This document shows, piece after piece, positions 57,351 through 64,000 of a stretch of 64,000 nucleotides of DNA. A program made the position numbers and the translations under genes. The stretch is from Octopus vulgaris. Its lineage: Eukaryota. How positions within the stretch are numbered: position 1 is the first letter of the stretch; each line of letters opens with the position of its first letter. The DNA lies in the NCBI GenBank assembly GCA_951406725.2, contig OX597818.1, positions 101,432,001 through 101,496,000 of the forward strand, given 5' to 3'. Under the pieces are notes generated by a model. It ran no database searches, was not told the DNA's origin, and was given only the letters and a program-made list of their open reading frames with translations.

Positions 57351-57764
57351 AGGTACTAGATTGCTGGAACCCTCTCCGTTACTGCTCAAATCCAGAAATA
57401 CCAGCCTACCTCTTATGGGCAAGAAATTGATCTGTTCCATGAGATCTATACTTTCCAACATTCAGCGCCTCTTCCCAATCCCTGCACACATGATGATATG
57501 TAGATCTTGTATCTACTGCATACTGGCAGGAGGGCTTGTAAGTGCAAACAAATAGCTCTCTGGTAGCCATCATATCTATAGGTAGAGATTTGGGGCATTG
57601 AGCTTCCAAATCGACCTCGGGTCACGGGTACTGACAAACTTTAATAACAAAATGGACATACATATTAAGAGAGGAGGAGAGAAGAAATATTTTATTACCG
57701 TCTTCGGAGGAGCAGTTGTTCCCTGTCTTTGGCTACATGTGTATCTCTCCTTTAGAACTTATTT

Positions 57765-59327
57765 GGGATCTTTTCTAAAAGAAGGCCAGATTTTTCTAGT
57801 TAACTAAATAATTTGAAACTTCGTATAGTGGTAGAATGTGTCAAAAGAAAACATTAATTTCAACTAGTTTTCAACTGTATTTTATAAGTTTAAACGTAGT
57901 TTAAATCTGCGAATTTTAACCAATCGTATTGTCTGTTTTGATCTGAAATTATTAACTGCATAGTGTTACTGCGACGTAGACAGCTATTTTTGTGAAAATT
58001 TTAAACAGCGTGGGTAAGAAGTAAGCAAACCGCTGTGGTAGATGTGGTTATAATGGTAGTGGTGGTGGTGGTGGTGGTGGTGTAGTGGTGACAGTGGATG
58101 TGTATGATGACAGCAATTATAGTGTTGGTGTTTTTGAAGAGGTGGTGGTGGTGGTGGTGGCAGTGGATGATGATAGTAGTAGTGGCATCGATTAGGTTAG
58201 GATGTCTCAGTGGTGGTTGTGAAGATGATTCTGATATTGATAGTCTTTGCATTGGGGTGGTGGCAGAGTCAGAGTAAATAATAAGAGCCCAGTTAACACA
58301 AGATTCTTAAATTTCGGAGATCATAAGATAGAGAGCAAGAAGTTAAAACTTCCAATACTGGCCCAATTCCTACACCCCAGATTCTTCAACTATTTTGTAA
58401 GAAAGGGGTTAATGGCAGGATAGGGATTCAGCTTAAAAATAAATTGTATAACAGAATATACATAAATAAATTACTGCTCCAACGATGTAATTTTAGTATG
58501 TGTGTATGTATGTATGTATGTATGTATGTATGTATGTGTGTGTGTATGTATGCATCAAACCAGTTTTATTCAAATTCTGTGGTACTTATATATTCTCATA
58601 TATACATATACATGTAGATGTATATAACATATATATATATATATAATGTATGCATCTATAATACACACACATTATAAATATATACACATATATGCATATG
58701 CATTAGAATATGTGTGTCTACGGTGTATATATATATATATATATATATATATGCATACGTTTGTATACATGTGTGTGTAGCTATTTAGGATCTACACAAA
58801 TTTTATATATACTCCACGAAGTTTGAAAATGTTTAGTTACAAAAAATTATTTTTTAAATCTGTAGGTCAAAATGCAAAGATCCGGTATTTAAAATTTTTG
58901 TTGCATTTCTAATCTTTCTGATGTCTAAGGATGGATATTTATGCGTATGAATCTTTTTCTTTTTATTTTGTTTCAAATATAATTCTAGGAAACTGAAAAA
59001 TCTGAGTACGATGCCAATCGAATTTAGCTGTTCACGATAAGCGGATGTTTACTTTTTAGCTATTTAAATGTTTACGTTAAGTACGTCACAAAATAGCTGT
59101 TTACGTCACAGTAACAATATTTTGAGATGCAGTAAATGATATGAGGTTGAAACAAAGAATACCATTGGTTAAAATTCGAATTGTTAAACAACGTTAAACT
59201 TAGAAATTACAATTCCGTTTTCATTTTGATTTACAATTATGTTTTCTTTTGACACATTCTACCAGTATACGAAGTTTCAAATTGTTTAGTTAACTAGAAA
59301 AATCTGGTCCTTTTTAGAAAAGATCCC
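57765..59327. mobile_element. Non-autonomous DNA transposon with long TIRs (GGGATC...GATCCC)
   Basis: 57765 to about 57990 is the reverse complement of about 59095-59327; ttattt is duplicated at 57759-57764 and 59328-59333. Confidence 0.85.
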
Positions 59328-60572
59328 TTATTTACAGATGTTTTGTTTATGCTCGCATGGGATTCTTTCAATTCCCAGGGATATTCTATTTGCAGTTTGT
59401 TGCATGTTACATTCTTAGTTAATATAATCTATATATGTTTACGAGTGTTAAGTGTAGGTCGGATGGGTTTATTTAGATAATTTTGCTTATTGATTGCCAT
59501 CTTTCATTAAGTCACTGTTTATTGCTATTATTATATCTTCGGTTTCATCTTTGCCGGATCATGAGCGCAACGCTACTTAATCTCCTCCAATTGTTTTACT
59601 GTTCAAGTATGAAGCTTGCAGTGGGTCACATATAATGGCTGACGTTGTAGGTAAATGCATGTCTTCGGAGATTCTAGCAAGAGCCGCATTTGTCTCGGCT
59701 TTGTTGTGAGCAAAAAAATTAATTCAGTGAGTCTCTTCTAAAATGCATCAAGGTAACGAAATGTACATTTATAGCGAAAAGTACGATTATATACAAATCA
59801 TTTTAAAAGCTACAAAAGTTATCAGCAAATTGTTGAATCATATACTACAATATCATATTTGAATCTCTTGTGGCGGACGTCCCCAGGCGAGAAGTGGGAT
59901 GGTCCACTTCTACTAACTAGTGGACTTACACAGTCAGTAGGGAAGTCGGTCTATCGATTCGACACGTTAATATTCCTTCTTCTTTGTTTAATTCCTGTAA
60001 TCAATGACTTATTTCAAATATATAGGAAAAGGTATTGAAATGTCTAACCTGATTTGAATTGTCTGCTGCATGTCAAAAGGATTACTAAGAACTTCGTGAA
60101 AACATTTGAACGTTTTCCCAATTGTAATATGCTCTGAGTATTTGAAGTCGTAAATCGGAAAAAATAGTAGAATCTTCATATACCTGTAGAAACATTATGG
60201 AAATTAATATTAATCCTCTTATACAACATTCCTTTTGCATGCCCCCTCCCCATCGACTAATAAATACAACTGAATAGGCAAAAATCCAGTTTAATCCGAA
60301 GGCCGAAACTTAAAATTCCCTAGAGAAAACGGAAGACTTTATACGATTAATGTTGACTATGAATTGTTTTTGAGAGCGGAAACACAATATAATATGAAGG
60401 TGAAAATGTTGGTAAAAAAACCGGCAATGATACTCTGTATAACAAGGCTATATCAAGAATTGAATTAGATCTGCTATAAATATTTAACGCATTTGCGAAA
60501 GTTGTTCTACAATGCCCAAATTGAATTGAATATGTCGACATAGAGCAGATACGTTGCATTTTATATTTATTC

Positions 60573-60711
60573 TTACGTCATACAAGTTACCAAATATAAC
60601 GTGAGAAAGATTAAAACAAATATATATGAATGACTTAGTCCAACAGGTCCTAATGATCTAGAATTCCAAAATTTAGAAGCAATATAAAATGTTGATGATA
60701 GTTTAGGATGC
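60573..60711 (-). CDS. Gene A' terminal exon with GPI-anchor-signal-like tail (HPKLSSTFYIASKFWNSRSLGPVGLSHSYIFVLIFLTLYLVTCMT*)
   Basis: Acceptor tatccag|G in phase 2 matches the preceding exon. Small residues are followed by about 17 hydrophobic residues and a stop, with AATAAA immediately after TAA. The polypyrimidine tract is weak. Confidence 0.6.
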
Positions 60712-61999
60712 CTGGATACTACATATATTTAATGCGAAACACTAAGTGAAGATTGACCAACATGGACTAGCCATTTTATGTTTGATGAGAGAATTAATAT
60801 TAGAGAAAAAAAATAACAATGTTCAGAATAAATGCATTTTCTTATCCATGTTATTGTGTAACCCTTTTGGAAGGAATTGTTTCGCAGAATAAAACATAGT
60901 TTCAGATTCAATCAATTCGAAATAGCAGATGTTTATTCTTTGACAACTCAAATTCTATTAATGGAGTTGTTTGGATTTTGTAGTATCTCGTCCACCTTTA
61001 CGCTCTGACTTGAAATTCCGTCGACATTGAATACGTCTTTCATACCTGCCGGTTGCCAGTAATACACTGGGTTCGATGCAATCGACTTACCTCCTCTCAC
61101 ACACATTGACAGACACCAAATTTCAAATGAATACATAGATTAATTAATTCATTCATTCCAAAGACAGGCATTTACATTTTTGTTAGAAACCTGCTCCTTC
61201 CTCAAAGGCAGTGTTTAAGAAGCGACAAAAACAACAGAACATATATACAAGTATTGCATATAAGAAAAAATATGTGTGTGTATGTGTGTATGTTTGTGTA
61301 TGTGTGCATATATTCCTATATAGATAAGAATACATACTACATACACACACACATGCATACATAAACTCACATGCAGTCAGACAATGATGTCATAAACACT
61401 CACAATGTAAATATAAAATAAAATTAAAACTCCACCTACGGTTCGTCCCAAAACTTGTCCATGGATTGAATCATTATCGAACGAGTATATAGCAATTTCG
61501 CCTTGAAGAGCTTATTGCCGGAGCATGTACTCAAACTTAAAAGGGAGAAAAAAAATGATGTAATGAATATCCTGGAATAATATTATGTATGTTTTTATAG
61601 CTTTATTTACAATATGCTTGTGTGTTAAGCAAAGTTTAAGTTTAACTTGTTTGGAATGTTACATGAGGGAAAAAATATGTTTTACAGGTATGTCAACTCA
61701 TTTGATTTCATTCAGAAAATCAAGATGGTCAGGGTATACTGAAACATTGTTCTCACAGAATGGGTCTGGTATATTTTTAGCGAGGCTTTCGCAATGCTGA
61801 CGCATTCAAATTCACGAATGCCACGAACCTATATTCACCAAGAGAATTATGCTTCTTTCAACATGAAATGAATCCTATTAGTAAATTTTGTCATTGATAT
61901 TTTAAATATTCTCGCTAAAATAATTATTAAGCGTTCAAATAAAGGTTATGGGAAAAGCATAGTGTTAGTCTCCCATATATTAATGATTTACATGCTATT

Positions 62000-64000
62000 A
62001 CATCAACTGCATGAAAGATATAAATTCATACAAATTTTAACGTTCATTTTCTATCCTAATCTGCGTGATATTCAGCATACGATAGTGCGAAAATGCCTTA
62101 AATATATTTTGACAATACAAATGGATAATTGATTAAAAGCTACCGACGTAAAAACAAATACAGTGGTAACAATCTCTCGTCAGGCAAGTACTTCAGCCCT
62201 TTACGTCTTCCAAACTAGTGAGGAAGATCTGCAAATAAATCATGATTCCTGAGTGCGCTACTACTGATATACTCTATTATGAAATCGGAGATTCGTTCAT
62301 CCCCTGTGCAGTATTTTTCATTCCATCTGGCCTGGCAAATTAAGCAATCATGGTTCCCACTTTGCCAGAATAGACAGATATAGGAACCTGCTCTTTACAA
62401 GTAAACCTTAGCTAGGACAACACACATACATGCATACAAATATACGCACACACATAATAGCTACAAGTGTTAAATATAACTGATCCTCATCTAAAAGACA
62501 ACACACTTCTATGTGCTTAGGAAAATTACAACAGTATGCTTAATGTTGTATGGTTTCCACCAGTATTCCTTTCAATGTAAAAATCAATTAATATTATTTT
62601 TTGAACTTTGTTAATGTATAGCTTACATGAAATTAAACACAACACACCTTGCAATCTTCAATAATTATACTGCTTATTTATAAAAAGGAATCGTTAACTC
62701 TAAAACTCGCATCACTAACGTATATCTGTAATATCGTTTAAATTTTTTAGCCTAGCATTTATGTGCAGTAAGCATGTTGATTCTTACTTTAATATAACTT
62801 CCACTGAGAATTTACAAATTTTTTCTGAGAATAAGTAATCTGTGAAATTTAACATTTACAAACCTATTAAAATTAAACGATGATATGTTGAAGCATATCT
62901 ACATAATCTACATATGTCCAACAAATACCTTTGCGTTTTAAAGAAAGAGCTGGCAGAACAAATCTGATGTGACTCTAATCTAGGTGTTTGCATGTATGTA
63001 TATAAAATGAAAATGCAACCTACCTCATGAAGAAGACTTCCCAAGCGTGTTCCCTGCTCTTAAAGTTTACGAAATGATCGTTTCCACCCGGAAGCCTGTG
63101 ATATAATTAGTATGAGTAGAAATTACGTTAGCTTCGTAGAATGATTAGATATTGTATATATTACCAATTTGATGTCAAGAAAAATAAAATAATAATAAAT
63201 CTCAGAGCGAGTTATAAACAGTAGCTACAACACATTGTGACGTACATCTGTCATTTAAATATGGCTAACACCTAAGATTGGATGCTAATGTAGTGTGTAG
63301 CCCCAGGAGGACACCTCCTACAGCTGGCCATAGAGACAAGTTATGTGCCCTATCAGTGTTTGCAAAGGGAAGCCATCCTTCCTGTCTTAAACTTATGATA
63401 CACACGGACTCGTGTGGATTTTGTAACCCATAATCCAAGTTCCGACATTTTAGGAGTAATCATGTTCAATATATCTATACAACTATCAATATAAAATGTC
63501 CAACTTCATATTCAGAGTTATTTTACTTTATCTACGCTTGTGAATATTGAAATTTTTTTTAAATCACAAATATCTTCCCGCATATTGATATCTTGAAGTT
63601 ATTTCGTTACCATGATTTTTCGCCAAAACACGCTGACCGTATTTTAAATGGTTTGAAAATGATGTAAAATATAGAAAAAAAGAATAGGAATAGTGCATAT
63701 AACCTACATTAACAGGTAATTTTCATGGAAGGATAAATCTGTAGCACTTTCAAAATGGAGTGGGTATCAAAAAAGTAAAAACGTTATTTGGAGGCTTTTT
63801 ATCAAAAAAGGCATTTCAAATGAAAGAGCTCGGAAAAAATTCATATTGTTTTTATATCCTTTTAATGGTTTCGGCAATAGGGCTGAGGCCATGCTGGAGC
63901 ACCAGCCTAATTTTCTATCAGTATTTAACGCCTTATGCTTGGAGGTTATGATTGAGCTGAACATCTCTCAGTGTATCCATGGACGATGGGCTGCTCCGGT
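62000..64000. repeat. Segmental/tandem duplication copy 2
   Basis: Colinear with 1-2001, including the paralogous 72-nt exon. ORFs 1762..1953 and 63760..63951 are nearly identical. Confidence 0.97.
63024..63095 (-). CDS. Gene A' (paralogue) 72-nt exon (LPGGNDHFVNFKSREHAWEVFFM)
   Basis: Same splice sites as 1025-1096; 6 nucleotide and 4 amino-acid differences. Confidence 0.7.

Noticed and set aside
60049-60183. Resemblance to a matrix metalloproteinase catalytic segment (RAYYNWENV..FHEV..IQI)
   Set aside because: It needs a frameshift, and I found no PRCG or HExxHxxGxxH motif nearby.

Overview
AT-rich, intron-containing animal genomic DNA. The SINE families, (TA)n/(AAT)n load and LINE types look like Octopus/cephalopod, which is an inference. 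Most long ORFs belong to retroelements (a Penelope-like RT/GIY-YIG element and several R4/Dong-type RT-REL LINEs nested in (AAT)n) or are microsatellite artefacts. Degenerate mariner, Gypsy, SINE and MITE copies are also present. Between them, on the minus strand and largely invisible to the ORF track, is an apparent cluster of small orphan secreted or membrane-anchored protein genes built from short phase-2 symmetric exons. Gene A has a signal-peptide exon at 24.2 kb, a 102-nt exon present in four tandem copies and a 72-nt exon at 1.0 kb. Its paralogue A', about 62 kb away, ends in a GPI-signal-like exon. A putative micro-exon gene C has ten in-frame exons of 12-57 nt spread over 39-55.5 kb. 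Further hydrophobic terminal exons lie at 33.3 and 55 kb. Several Penelope-type terminal repeats carry recognisable hammerhead ribozyme folds. All gene models were read by eye from splice signals and reading frame and need RNA evidence.
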